Shown one piece after another: positions 1-9,111 of a stretch of 64,000 nt of DNA. Each line of letters opens with the position of its first letter. Within the stretch, counting starts at the first letter, position 1. The position numbers and the translations under genes were made by a program. The notes beneath the pieces were generated by a model. It worked only from the letters and a program-made list of their open reading frames with translations. It was not told the origin of the DNA and ran no database searches. Location of the stretch: assembly GCA_965207665.1 (NCBI GenBank), contig CBDBMV010000002.1, positions 89,704-153,703 on the forward strand, read 5' to 3'. This DNA is from Vicinamibacterales bacterium (lineage in GTDB: Bacteria; Acidobacteriota; Vicinamibacteria; Vicinamibacterales; UBA8438).

Positions 1-188
1 ACGCGCCGAGCCGATAGAATCCACGAAGTGCTCGCATCGCTTCCCCCTGCGTTGCCATGACATCGCGAGGATACCAAACGCGCCCCGCGCAACTCCGACT
101 CCGGAAGCCATTCGCGTAGTGGCCCAGCGTCCGGAGTGTGCCAGAATGAGCGTAGGCAACTCCGGCGGACGTTTCGAGGAGGAACCGC

Positions 189-1223
189 ATGGATCGTCGA
201 TACCCGGCTTGCCGGAAAGTGACCGTATTCGCCGCCGCGCTCGTGCTCCTGGCGCCGCTGGCCGCGGCGCCGGCGGCCCAGGGTCAGGCCGATCAGAGCG
301 CGCCGCGCACGGCTTGGGGCGACCCCGACCTCCAGGGCATGTGGGACTTCCGCACGGTCACCCCGCTGGAACGGCCCGAGGAGTTCGCTGACAAGGAGTT
401 CCTGACGGCCGAGGACGCGGTGGCGCTGCGCGAGAACGAGCTCGCCAGCCGCAACGCCGACCGCCGCGGGTCGAGCCAGGCCAGCGACCTGGAGCGGGGC
501 TACAACGACTTCTGGTGGGACTACGGCTCCGAGCTGACCGAGGACCGCCGCACGTCGCTGATTGTCGACCCGCCGAACGGCCGGATGCCGCCCTTGACGG
601 CCGCGGCGGCGGCGCTGGCCAATGAGCCTCGGCGCGGCTCTCCGAAGGAGCGGATCGTGCTGGGCGTGGTGCCGTCAGGCCCCGAAGACATCGGTCTGGC
701 GGAGCGGTGCCTGGTGGGATTCAACTCCGGACCGCCGATCGTCCCGAGCTTCTACAACAACAACGTGCTGCTACTGCAAGGGCCCGGCTACGTCGTGCTG
801 CACACCGAGATGATTCACGAGACGCGCGTCATTCCCCTCGACGGGCGCCCGCACCTGCCGGCTTCGATGCGCCAGTGGCTGGGCGACTCCCGCGGGCGCT
901 GGGAAGGTGACACGCTGGTCGTGGAGACGAGGAACTTCACCGACAAGACCAGCTTCACCGGCCTGCCCTACCAACGCGGCGGCTCGACCGAGAACATGCA
1001 CCTGGTGGAGCGGTTTCGGCGGGCAAGCGCCGGCGGGCTCGTTTACGAGTTCACGGTCACGGACCCCGCGGCATGGACGCAGCCGTGGACGGCCGTCGTG
1101 CCTATGAAGCTGACGGACAGCCCGATATTCGAATACGCGTGCCACGAGGGCAACTACGCGATGTTCAACATGCTCGCCGGGTCCCGGTCCCAGGAGCGTG
1201 AGGAGGAGGAGAAGAAGCAATGA
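189..1223 (+). CDS. Secreted protein, uncharacterised paralog family (copy P1)
   Basis: 344-aa ORF with GAGGAGG upstream of the ATG and a signal-peptide-like N-terminus. All family blocks are present: PRTAWGDPDLQGMW, SLIVDPPNGRMP, ERC, EMIHETRVIPLDGRPH, WEGDTLVVET, YACHEGNY. Confidence 0.85.
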   Translation: MDRRYPACRKVTVFAAALVLLAPLAAAPAAQGQADQSAPRTAWGDPDLQGMWDFRTVTPLERPEEFADKEFLTAEDAVALRENELASRNADRRGSSQASDLERGYNDFWWDYGSELTEDRRTSLIVDPPNGRMPPLTAAAAALANEPRRGSPKERIVLGVVPSGPEDIGLAERCLVGFNSGPPIVPSFYNNNVLLLQGPGYVVLHTEMIHETRVIPLDGRPHLPASMRQWLGDSRGRWEGDTLVVETRNFTDKTSFTGLPYQRGGSTENMHLVERFRRASAGGLVYEFTVTDPAAWTQPWTAVVPMKLTDSPIFEYACHEGNYAMFNMLAGSRSQEREEEEKKQ

Positions 1224-2218
1224 CAGCTCGATTTGCCTGGATAGCGTTCGTAGTGGCCGGCGCCGTCGCGCTCGGTCCCGCGGCAGCCGCGGGCCAGACC
1301 GCGGGCGGCAGCGGGGAGATGCCCCGGACCGGCTGGGGCGACCCCGACCTGCAGGGCGTGTGGGACTTCCGGACGCTCACGCCGCTGGAGCGGCCCGACG
1401 CGCTGGGCGACCAGCAGACCTTTGCGACGGAGGAGGCGGCCGCCGAGTTCGCGGCAGTAACCGCCCATGCGCTCGATGCGGATCGCCGGGACAACGCCGA
1501 CCAGGCGTTCGGGTTCGGCAGCGATATCGAGCGCGCCTACAACCAGTTCTGGATGGACTACGGCAGCGACCTGACCGACGACCGGCGGACGTCGCTGATC
1601 GTCGATCCCCCCGACGGCAAGATCCCCTGGACCCCCGAAGGGCGCGAGCGTCCGGGCACGTTCGCCGGGGCATTCTCCGGCATGGTGACGGAAGGCCCCG
1701 AGGACCGGGCGCTCCCGGAGCGCTGCATCCTGGGCTTCAATGCCGGACCGCCGATGACGCCGAGCGCCTACAACAACAACGTGCAGTTGTTCCAGACGCC
1801 CGACACCGTGGTGATCTTCAACGAGATGGTCCACGACGCCCGCATCGTCCCGCTCGACGGGCGGCCGCACCTGGCGGATTCAGTCCGCCAGTGGATGGGC
1901 AACTCGCGGGGACGCTGGGAGGGCGACACGCTGGTTGTGGAGACCACCAACTTCCTGCGCGAGACGGCCTTCACCGGCTCCAGCGCCAACCTGCACCTCG
2001 TGGAGCGTTTCACGCGCGTCGCCGACGACGTGCTGCTGTACGAGTTCACGGCGTCGGATCCGACCACCTACACCCGGGCCTGGACCGCCCAGGTCCCGAT
2101 GCGCCTGTCGGACGGTCATCTCTACGAGTACGCCTGCCACGAAGGCAACTACGGCATGTTCAACCTGCTGGCCGGCGCGCGGGCCGAGGAGCGGGAGGCG
2201 GCCGCGGGCGGGCGGTAG
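1220..2218 (+). CDS. Secreted protein, uncharacterised paralog family (copy P2)
   Basis: 332-aa ORF whose start overlaps the P1 stop (ATGA). Same conserved blocks: PRTGWGDPDLQGVW ... YACHEGNY. Confidence 0.85.
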   Translation: MTARFAWIAFVVAGAVALGPAAAAGQTAGGSGEMPRTGWGDPDLQGVWDFRTLTPLERPDALGDQQTFATEEAAAEFAAVTAHALDADRRDNADQAFGFGSDIERAYNQFWMDYGSDLTDDRRTSLIVDPPDGKIPWTPEGRERPGTFAGAFSGMVTEGPEDRALPERCILGFNAGPPMTPSAYNNNVQLFQTPDTVVIFNEMVHDARIVPLDGRPHLADSVRQWMGNSRGRWEGDTLVVETTNFLRETAFTGSSANLHLVERFTRVADDVLLYEFTASDPTTYTRAWTAQVPMRLSDGHLYEYACHEGNYGMFNLLAGARAEEREAAAGGR

Positions 2219-2243
2219 ATCTCCGCGCTGCCGGCGCCAACCT

Positions 2244-3518
2244 ATGCGTGCCACAGCGGCGGGAATGGCCGCCGCGCTGCTCCTGGCGTGCGGCTCGGGT
2301 GACGGACGCGCCGTTTCCGGCCAGCAGCAGGCGCCTGCGGACGGCGCGGACGACCCGATCGCGGTGCTCGTCGGCCGGCTCGACCTGGAACGCTACAAGG
2401 CCATCATCAAGGGCCTGACGCAGTTCGGCGACCGCCGGCAGGGCACGCAGCGCAACCGGGACGCCGTCGACTGGATCGAAGCGCAGCTCGAGGCGGCCGG
2501 CTGCCCCACCGAGCGGCATCATTACGTCTACGATCCGCCGCCGCGGCCGGCCGACGACCGTGCCAGACCGCGCCGCGTCGCGGACGCCCCTTTGAACCCG
2601 CCCGGTCCGACTCCGACTGGCGGCCGCATTGGACGCAATGGCAGCGGTCCAGGCGGCAGCTCCATCTTCGGCTACCGGCGGCCGACCGGCGTCGTCCGCG
2701 ATCCGCTGGCCCAGCCCGACGAGGCGCTGCGTGCGCTGAACCTGGAGGAGCCGACCAACGGCGAGCGGTCGCAGGTGTACTGCACGAAGGTCGGCAGCAC
2801 GCGCCCCAGCGAGATGTACATCCTGGGAGCGCACATGGACGGCCACGGCTTCGGCGAGGGCGCCGACGACGACGCCTCGGGCACCGCGCTGGTTATGGAG
2901 CTGGCGCGCATCCTCAGCGCGCCGGACGTCGAGACCGGCGTGTCCATCCGCTTCGCGCTGTGGAACAACGAGGAGACCGGGCTCAACGGAAGCCGCGCGT
3001 ACGTCGAAGACCGCCGCGAGCAGCAGGGCATTGAAGACCCGCCCGGTTCCGGACGTTACCCCGAACCCCGCTGGCTGGGTATGATCCAGCACGACATGAT
3101 GCTATTCGACCACGGCGCGCCGGGACCGGACGGCGAGGTCAGCCCCGTTCAGCGGCGCGAGGCCGACGTCAACATCGAGTTCCAGTCGAATTCGGACCTG
3201 GCCGACGCGTCACGCGACCTTGCCTTCCGCTTCAAGGCCGCCAACGACGCCTACGCCACCGACTATCCCGCGGCCGTCGGCCCCCACATGACCAACACGG
3301 ACTCGACGCCGTTCATGAACCTCACGCCGTCGATCAGCCTGCGGGAGAACGAGCGCGGCATGCACATCGGCGCCGGCTGGAACCCCCACTGGCACCAACC
3401 CACCGACCTCTATCGGACGTACAACGACGACGACTTCCGTCTGGGACTGAACGCTGCGCAGACCACGCTGGCCGCGATAGCGGAGCTGGCCGAGGCGACG
3501 GTCGTCACACCTCGATAG
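2244..3518 (+). CDS. M28 family metallopeptidase
   Basis: Start trimmed to the ATG at 2244 (MRATAAGMAAALLLACGSG, lipoprotein-like). Zn-ligand motifs HMDGHGFGEGADDDASG and WNNEETGLNGS. Confidence 0.8.
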   Translation: MRATAAGMAAALLLACGSGDGRAVSGQQQAPADGADDPIAVLVGRLDLERYKAIIKGLTQFGDRRQGTQRNRDAVDWIEAQLEAAGCPTERHHYVYDPPPRPADDRARPRRVADAPLNPPGPTPTGGRIGRNGSGPGGSSIFGYRRPTGVVRDPLAQPDEALRALNLEEPTNGERSQVYCTKVGSTRPSEMYILGAHMDGHGFGEGADDDASGTALVMELARILSAPDVETGVSIRFALWNNEETGLNGSRAYVEDRREQQGIEDPPGSGRYPEPRWLGMIQHDMMLFDHGAPGPDGEVSPVQRREADVNIEFQSNSDLADASRDLAFRFKAANDAYATDYPAAVGPHMTNTDSTPFMNLTPSISLRENERGMHIGAGWNPHWHQPTDLYRTYNDDDFRLGLNAAQTTLAAIAELAEATVVTPR

Positions 3519-3553
3519 CCGGGCCCGGACCGACTCAACCCGCCGGGCGTTGG

Positions 3554-4507
3554 TCAGCGGACGAAGAGCGAGCCGCCGCCGAGCTCGTAGAAGACGATGG
3601 GCACGAAGTCGTTCGCGGTCCACGTCGCCTCCTGGCCCCACTGGGCGTCGTAGGCGGCCGTCGGCCGCGCGGCCATCACCCCTTCCAGGCTGCGGCCCTC
3701 GGCGATCAGCGCCTGCACCCGGTCGCGGATATCCACGGTCATATCGAGGAACCCGACGAGGGCGTCGCGGCCCACCACCTCGAGGCCGTGGCCGGGAATC
3801 ACGCGCGTCTGCGGTCCCGCCAGTGCCACCGCCGCCTCCAGCGCCTCGATGGTGCCCGCCACCGTCCCGCCGTTATAGACGTCGACAATCGGATAGCTCG
3901 TGGTGCGGAAGACATCGCCCAGGTGCAGCACGTCCGAGTCCGGGAAGTGGACGAAGGCGTCGCCGTCGGTGTGGGCCGCCGGCGCGAGAAAGGCCCGCAC
4001 GTCCTCGCCGTTGAAGTGAAAGCTCAGCGCCGAGTCGAAGGTCACGACCGGCCGCGCCCCGGCCGCCGGTTGCGGCGAGAACCGCCCGCCCCGGCGCGGG
4101 GTCCGCAGCCGCTCCAGCGCCCGCACCCGGAGATTGTCGTGGGCGAAGATCAGCACGTCCCGCCTGGCGAGCGGCTCGTTGCCGCCGATGTGGTCCGGGT
4201 GCACGTGCGTGTTGATCAGGAAGCGGATGTCGCCGTCCGACACGCGCCGCACCGCGTCGACCAGCCGCTCGGCCAGCGGCTCGAACAGGGAATCGACGAG
4301 CAGCACGCCGTCCGGCCCGGCGAAAACGCCGACGTTGCCGCCTCCGCCCGGCCGCGAGACCATGTGGACCTGGCCCGCCACCGGCACGATGGTCAGCTCG
4401 ACGCCCGCGAACCGGTCGGCCTGGTTCTGCCCGCCGGCGCTGACGGCGACGATGGCCATGCAGAGCGCGGCGAGCGCGAAGACGACGACGCGGGGTTGTC
4501 TGAGCAT
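3554..4507 (-). CDS. MBL-fold metallo-hydrolase, secreted
   Basis: Start trimmed to the ATG at 4507 (MLRQPRVVVFALAALCMAIVA). Motifs HVHPDH and HTDGD. Confidence 0.8.
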   Translation of the reverse strand: MLRQPRVVVFALAALCMAIVAVSAGGQNQADRFAGVELTIVPVAGQVHMVSRPGGGGNVGVFAGPDGVLLVDSLFEPLAERLVDAVRRVSDGDIRFLINTHVHPDHIGGNEPLARRDVLIFAHDNLRVRALERLRTPRRGGRFSPQPAAGARPVVTFDSALSFHFNGEDVRAFLAPAAHTDGDAFVHFPDSDVLHLGDVFRTTSYPIVDVYNGGTVAGTIEALEAAVALAGPQTRVIPGHGLEVVGRDALVGFLDMTVDIRDRVQALIAEGRSLEGVMAARPTAAYDAQWGQEATWTANDFVPIVFYELGGGSLFVR

Positions 4508-4521
4508 CGGACGGCTCCTTC

Positions 4522-5196
4522 CTACTGTCCCGCGCGGGCTGCCGCGTTGATGTCGTCGCTTTCCAGGATTGGCGACGACCAGCCGCGCCGCGCGACTCGA
4601 ATCATGGCCCGTCCGAAGGCCTCGCCCGTGGTCACATGCCGCGGGAGCAATAGCCGCAGGAGGGGGTAGAGCGGCCGCAGGAAGAAGTACAACGCGCGGA
4701 GCCACCGTGACCGCGGGACGGCGCCCCTGGCCGCATGGACGTACGCGGGACGAAAAATATAGGCCCCCGCGAACGGCAGTTTCAACAGGTCGTTCTCGGT
4801 CTTGCCTCTCACCCTGGCCCACATCGAACGGCCCTGCTCGCTGCTGTCGGCGCCCGCGCCGGAGACGTAGCAGAAGACGAGGCCCTGATTGTTGGCCAGG
4901 AGCGCCTCGGCCGCCGCCAGGGTGAAGTCGTACGTGATGTGGCGATAGCGGTCCTCGTTCATCCCGAGCGAAGAGACGCCGAGACAATAGAAGCACGCGT
5001 CGAACCCGGTGAGGCGCTCGCCGATTCCGGAATAGTCGGCGAAGTCGTCGTGGACGATCTGCTCGAGTTTCCCGTGCTGCACGTCGGTCGCACGGCGGCC
5101 AATCGTGAGCACGCGGCTGACTTCCGGATCAGCGAGGCACTCCAGGAGAACGCCCCGGCCAATCATGCCGGTAGCGCCGAACAGGACAATCCTCAT
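4522..5196 (-). CDS. NAD(P)-binding domain protein (atypical SDR/NmrA-like)
   Basis: Start trimmed to MRIVLFGATGMIGRGV (Rossmann GxxGxxG). 4-nt overlap with the upstream SDR gene. Confidence 0.7.
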   Translation of the reverse strand: MRIVLFGATGMIGRGVLLECLADPEVSRVLTIGRRATDVQHGKLEQIVHDDFADYSGIGERLTGFDACFYCLGVSSLGMNEDRYRHITYDFTLAAAEALLANNQGLVFCYVSGAGADSSEQGRSMWARVRGKTENDLLKLPFAGAYIFRPAYVHAARGAVPRSRWLRALYFFLRPLYPLLRLLLPRHVTTGEAFGRAMIRVARRGWSSPILESDDINAAARAGQ

Positions 5197-6047
5197 GCCC
5201 CTCCGTTGACCTCGAGATGGTCCGACACCTTGACGCCGGTAAACGACTCCGTGAATGCGACCAGCCGGCGGCATTTCTCGAGCGGATCGCCGCGCCCCAG
5301 CTTGACGGTTCGGGGTTTCTCCAGGTGGAACGCCCGGCCGGCCACGTCGGGAGCATCCGTCTGACGGATATGCGAGACCAGCCGCTTGCCGGCCTCGTCC
5401 GGCTCGATCATGCCGAACAGTCTGGAAAGCAGCCGGATCGGCCACGCCTGCTCCCGGATCTGCCGCGTGTTGACCACTCCGGGAGTCACCATCTCGTGCG
5501 GCACGGTCGTGAGCGCCAGCTCGTGCAGGTAGTGCACCAGATATGTATCCGCGGTATTGGCCAGCGACGTCGCCTTGAGGATGCCGAAGCGCGGATCGGA
5601 AAGGCTGTCGTAGGGAATGTCGGAAGCGAGCAGCGTCCCGCCGACATGCACGACGCGGGCCTGGTCTCCCGCGGCCAGCAAGGCATTCAGCTTCAGTGAA
5701 AAGAGATAGCGCGACATGTAACCGACGGCAAACGTCGTCTCGATGCCGTCCACCGTCAACGACACCTTCCTGGTCACCGCGTTGGCGTTCAGGATCAGCA
5801 AGTCCAGCGCCTGGTGGGCCGTCACGTACTCGTCCAGGAATCGCCGGGTCTCGGAAAGCACGGCCAGATCGGTCAGAAACAGCTCGTGCTGCGCGGAACT
5901 GATCGCCCGCAGCTCCGCCAGCGTCTCCTCGCCGCGTTGCGCGTTGCGGCCCAACGCGTGCACGGTATAGCCGCACCGCGCCAACTCCAGGGCTGTCGCC
6001 CTGCCAATGCCGTCCGTCGCTCCGGTCACCAACGCTGTACGAGGCAT
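5193..6047 (-). CDS. Short-chain dehydrogenase/reductase
   Basis: Start trimmed to MPRTALVTGATDGIGRA (TGxxxGxG). Confidence 0.75.
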   Translation of the reverse strand: MPRTALVTGATDGIGRATALELARCGYTVHALGRNAQRGEETLAELRAISSAQHELFLTDLAVLSETRRFLDEYVTAHQALDLLILNANAVTRKVSLTVDGIETTFAVGYMSRYLFSLKLNALLAAGDQARVVHVGGTLLASDIPYDSLSDPRFGILKATSLANTADTYLVHYLHELALTTVPHEMVTPGVVNTRQIREQAWPIRLLSRLFGMIEPDEAGKRLVSHIRQTDAPDVAGRAFHLEKPRTVKLGRGDPLEKCRRLVAFTESFTGVKVSDHLEVNGGA

Positions 6048-6172
6048 CGATTCGTCAGGGCGTGAGCCTATCAGACCCTCCGTGCATGCATGAGGGCAGC
6101 GGCGACCGGCGTGATACGCTGGCGCCGATCGATGCCTGCGATCAGCGGGCGGCCATGCCCGGGAGGACAACC

Positions 6173-6790
6173 ATGTCGAGAACGTTGAAGATCGGCGGCT
6201 CGCTAGTTGTCGGTATCGTCGTGCTGGCGCTCATCACGTTGCGCCTGGTCGGTTTCGCGCCGCAATACCTGGATCCCCGCAGCGAGGAGTTCGAGCGCGC
6301 AAACCGCATCGCCCGGCCCGGCCTGTGGCTCACGGGAGAGGTGGTCCGCGAGGTGGTAACGGACTGGGACTTCGTCAACCACCTCGACGATCCCGAGCGC
6401 CGCGACACCGTCATGCTCGAGACCCGCACTTGGTACGGCATCCCCCACTCGGTCACCATCGGCATCGTCGGCCGCGGCGACAAGCTCTACATCCACGCCA
6501 ATTCCAGCGGGTGGCGCATGCAGAGGCCCTTCCCGCACGACAAGTACTGGACCCAGAACGTGTCCCGCGACCCGCGGGTGCGCCTGAAGATAGAGGACAA
6601 GATCTACGAGGCGACCGTGGCGCTGATGACGGACCGCGACGAGGTCGCGGCCGTGCTGGGCAGGGACCCCGTAACGGTCGAAAGCGGGCCCGACGGACAG
6701 GAGCGCGTCACGGCCGTCATGCACTACTGGCGCGTGTTCCAGCGGAACGTGCCCGACTACTCTGCGGACTCGCAGGGGGTGGCGTTCTGA
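6173..6790 (+). CDS. Hypothetical membrane-anchored protein
   Basis: Internal ATG gives MSRTLKIGGSLVVGIVVLALITL (one TM helix). No family recognised. Confidence 0.5.
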   Translation: MSRTLKIGGSLVVGIVVLALITLRLVGFAPQYLDPRSEEFERANRIARPGLWLTGEVVREVVTDWDFVNHLDDPERRDTVMLETRTWYGIPHSVTIGIVGRGDKLYIHANSSGWRMQRPFPHDKYWTQNVSRDPRVRLKIEDKIYEATVALMTDRDEVAAVLGRDPVTVESGPDGQERVTAVMHYWRVFQRNVPDYSADSQGVAF

Positions 6791-6826
6791 AGGTGCCGTT
6801 GGGTGACGCGCCGGATGTAGTACCGG

Positions 6827-7738
6827 TCAAACTCCCTGAAACCAATCGGACCGGATCCGCACCCTCTCGATCATCTCAGTCTCAACGCCAAGTTCGTTTT
6901 CCTTGAGCAGGTCGCAAAGGCGATCCCCGTCTATCAGGTCGATCGCGATCGCGCCATCCCGGGTGGCCTCATCAGAGGCCTGACTGGTGAAATTACCCGT
7001 TGTGATGAACAGGCCTTTGTCAGCACGCCCCTGCAACGCGCCGCGAAAATCCCTAATCTCCTTGGCGCCGACGCTCCCCTTCCAACGCTTGCACTGGAAA
7101 TAGATCTGAAAAGAAACCAAGTTCACGCGCAGCACGCCCACACCGTCGATACCACCGTCACCGGACTTCCCACGCACTTCGACTTTGGTGAATCCCGCTT
7201 CGCGCAAGAGACGTTGTGACAGCCGCTCAAATGCATCGGGCGGCATCGCAACCAGCACTGCCACGAGCGACGACTTCCAGTCTTCAGCCTCCTCTGAGTC
7301 GCCATTCGTCGATCCAACAATAGCCGCATCAGCCGCCTTGGCTGCCTGACGCTTGGCACGTGCTCGTTCGCGCTCTTCTTTCGCAACCTGCGCATAGATC
7401 GCACCTGTTTCGTCGAGCTCCGTGATCGCTGCTCCGCTATCGGTCAGCGCCCAGACCCCACGCGAAGAGTTCACGAGTGCCTTGCCGCGTCTGAGGTATG
7501 TGCGCGCCCAGGCGAGGTAGTAACTCACCCGCGTCTGGTTTTCGTTTCGTGGCATCGTGAAGGTCTGCTCGGCTTCGGTCACGCCCTCTAAATCGACCAC
7601 CTTCTCGTCAAGCTCTTGAATAGTGGCCGATCCGCCCAAGTCCTTGAGTGCTTCGATCGTAACTAGCATCATCCCGGGCAAATCCGGCAGGCTTTCCGCG
7701 TCGATCTCAAAACGTCTCTTTACCATTGCACTGTCCAA
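6827..7738 (-). CDS. mrr: Mrr-type restriction endonuclease
   Basis: N-terminal winged-helix-like region plus a C-terminal Mrr catalytic core: GDGGIDGVG ... YFQCKRW ... GLFITTG. G+C is visibly lower than the flanks. Confidence 0.85.
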   Translation of the reverse strand: MDSAMVKRRFEIDAESLPDLPGMMLVTIEALKDLGGSATIQELDEKVVDLEGVTEAEQTFTMPRNENQTRVSYYLAWARTYLRRGKALVNSSRGVWALTDSGAAITELDETGAIYAQVAKEERERARAKRQAAKAADAAIVGSTNGDSEEAEDWKSSLVAVLVAMPPDAFERLSQRLLREAGFTKVEVRGKSGDGGIDGVGVLRVNLVSFQIYFQCKRWKGSVGAKEIRDFRGALQGRADKGLFITTGNFTSQASDEATRDGAIAIDLIDGDRLCDLLKENELGVETEMIERVRIRSDWFQGV

Positions 7739-7999
7739 ATCGTTGGAATCACATGCCTACGAACTTGTCACCATCGCATGTGGTCCCTACTATAACCGGA
7801 CCTGTCGACCCTCGTGAACCGTGCTGGGTTTCCGGGAGGCTCCGCTTCTTCGATGCATGGAGTTCGAGGAAAGACCGAGTCGGTACACGCCGATGGAACG
7901 CGACAGGGCGGCTCGAATGGTACTGGAGTTGAGACGGACCGCTATCCGGTAGTGTGCCGCACCACCCCGGAGCCCCCCTGAAATCGAAGAAAATAGCGC

Positions 8000-8575
8000 A
8001 TGGCCACGTCAAGCCTTGGCAGACTAGCAGTGGTGCTTCGTACGGGCGACGAACAGTTCCAAGGCATCGCTGACTCGCTGCGGTTGCTCGACTACTGGCG
8101 CTGGTCCGGCTCCAGTCTCATGGACAACACGGCTCGAGGGTTGCTTGCCGAGTTCCTAGTTGCGGCGGCCGTTGGCCTGCACAAAACACCCCGGACTGAA
8201 TGGGATAGCTACGACGTGCGTGCGCCGAACGGCACCACGATCGAGGTCAAGAGCGCCGCCTCCATTCAGTCGTGGGAACAGGCCGCTCCGACCCCGATCC
8301 AGTTCGGGATCGCTCCTCGTTACGGCTGGGATCCAGAGACAGGGCAGTACGGCGAGCAGCCTCGGCGCTGGGCTGATCTCTACGTCTTCTGCGTCCTCAA
8401 GGGTACGGAGCCGCTCGACATCGACAAGTGGCAGTTCTACGTGGTTCAAACGACGGTGCTCAACGAAGTGTGCGGAGACCAGAGAACTATCCGCCTGGCG
8501 CCACTCCGTCGGCTTCCACACCGGCAATGTGGTTACCGGGACTTGAAGGACGTTATCGAGAACATGGACGGGTAG
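8000..8575 (+). CDS. PD-(D/E)xK nuclease-like hypothetical protein
   Basis: 191-aa ORF with LLAEFLV ... SYDVRAPNGTTIEVKSA (D ... ExK arrangement). Divergent from mrr. Confidence 0.55.
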   Translation: MATSSLGRLAVVLRTGDEQFQGIADSLRLLDYWRWSGSSLMDNTARGLLAEFLVAAAVGLHKTPRTEWDSYDVRAPNGTTIEVKSAASIQSWEQAAPTPIQFGIAPRYGWDPETGQYGEQPRRWADLYVFCVLKGTEPLDIDKWQFYVVQTTVLNEVCGDQRTIRLAPLRRLPHRQCGYRDLKDVIENMDG

Positions 8576-8721
8576 ACAGCATCGTTGCGCGCACATCGGC
8601 GCGTACTCCGTTGCAACGATGTTGTGGCGGCGAACGTCGGATTCGAACCCGTCGCGATGTCAACTGACGGAGACTTCGCCAGATGCGAAGCGGTCAACCA
8701 ACGACCACCGGCCTCTTGTAA

Positions 8722-9042
8722 TCGGACACCGGTGGCGACGGACCGGTAGTCGTGCTACTTCACGGCGTGCTGATGAATGGCAGCCTGTGGAACGGCATCG
8801 TGGAGGGCTTGCGCGATCGCTATCGCTGCATCGTCCCGGAGCTGCCGTTCGGCGCACACAGCACGCCGATGCCGAAGGATGCCGACCTCAGCCTCGGATC
8901 GATAACCACCATGATTGCCGAGTTCCTCGTGGAGCTCGACCTGCACGACGTCACTCTGGTCTGCAACGATTGGGGCAGCGCACAGCTCGTCGTCAGCCCC
9001 GGAGGTTCGGATCGGGTCGCGAACCTCGTGCTCGTCTCCTGC
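8722..9042 (+). pseudogene. Alpha/beta-hydrolase gene fragment, truncated at both ends
   Basis: Frame reads GGDGPVVVLLHGVLMNGSLW ... VTLVCNDWGSA (nucleophile-elbow position) ... NLVLVSC. An in-frame stop lies at 8719 just upstream. The 3' part is replaced by IS3 and IS110 sequence from about 9043. Confidence 0.6.
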
Positions 9043-9107
9043 ACCAGCCGAACCGCACGCTCCCGTACCTCCGGTGAATACCGACTCGGTCTTCCCATCG
9101 ACTCCAT
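9043..9107 (-). pseudogene. 5' fragment of an IS3-family orfA (about 22 codons)
   Basis: Minus strand reads (MES)MGRPSRYSPEVRERAVRLVQE, typical of the N-terminus of the IS3/IS911 HTH transposase orfA. Similarity is lost beyond that. Confidence 0.45.
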
Positions 9108-9111
9108 CCTC

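Noticed and set aside
3554-4996. Long N-terminal extensions of several track ORFs (3554..4996, 4522..5976, 5193..6170, 17095..19350, 27343..29061, 32184..34148, 39544..40758)
   Set aside because: The extensions overlap neighbouring genes and are Arg/Pro-rich. Each contains an internal start followed by a signal peptide or the expected N-terminal motif, and in several cases that start gives a 4-nt overlap or a short gap to the neighbouring gene. Coordinates were trimmed accordingly.
8625-8680. Possible functional tRNA gene on the minus strand (TGGCGG...GGATTCGAACC signature)
   Set aside because: It is only about 56 nt. The T-stem has a C-C mismatch and two G-U pairs, and no D-arm or anticodon arm can be drawn. 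I treat it only as a tRNA-like remnant or possible att scar.
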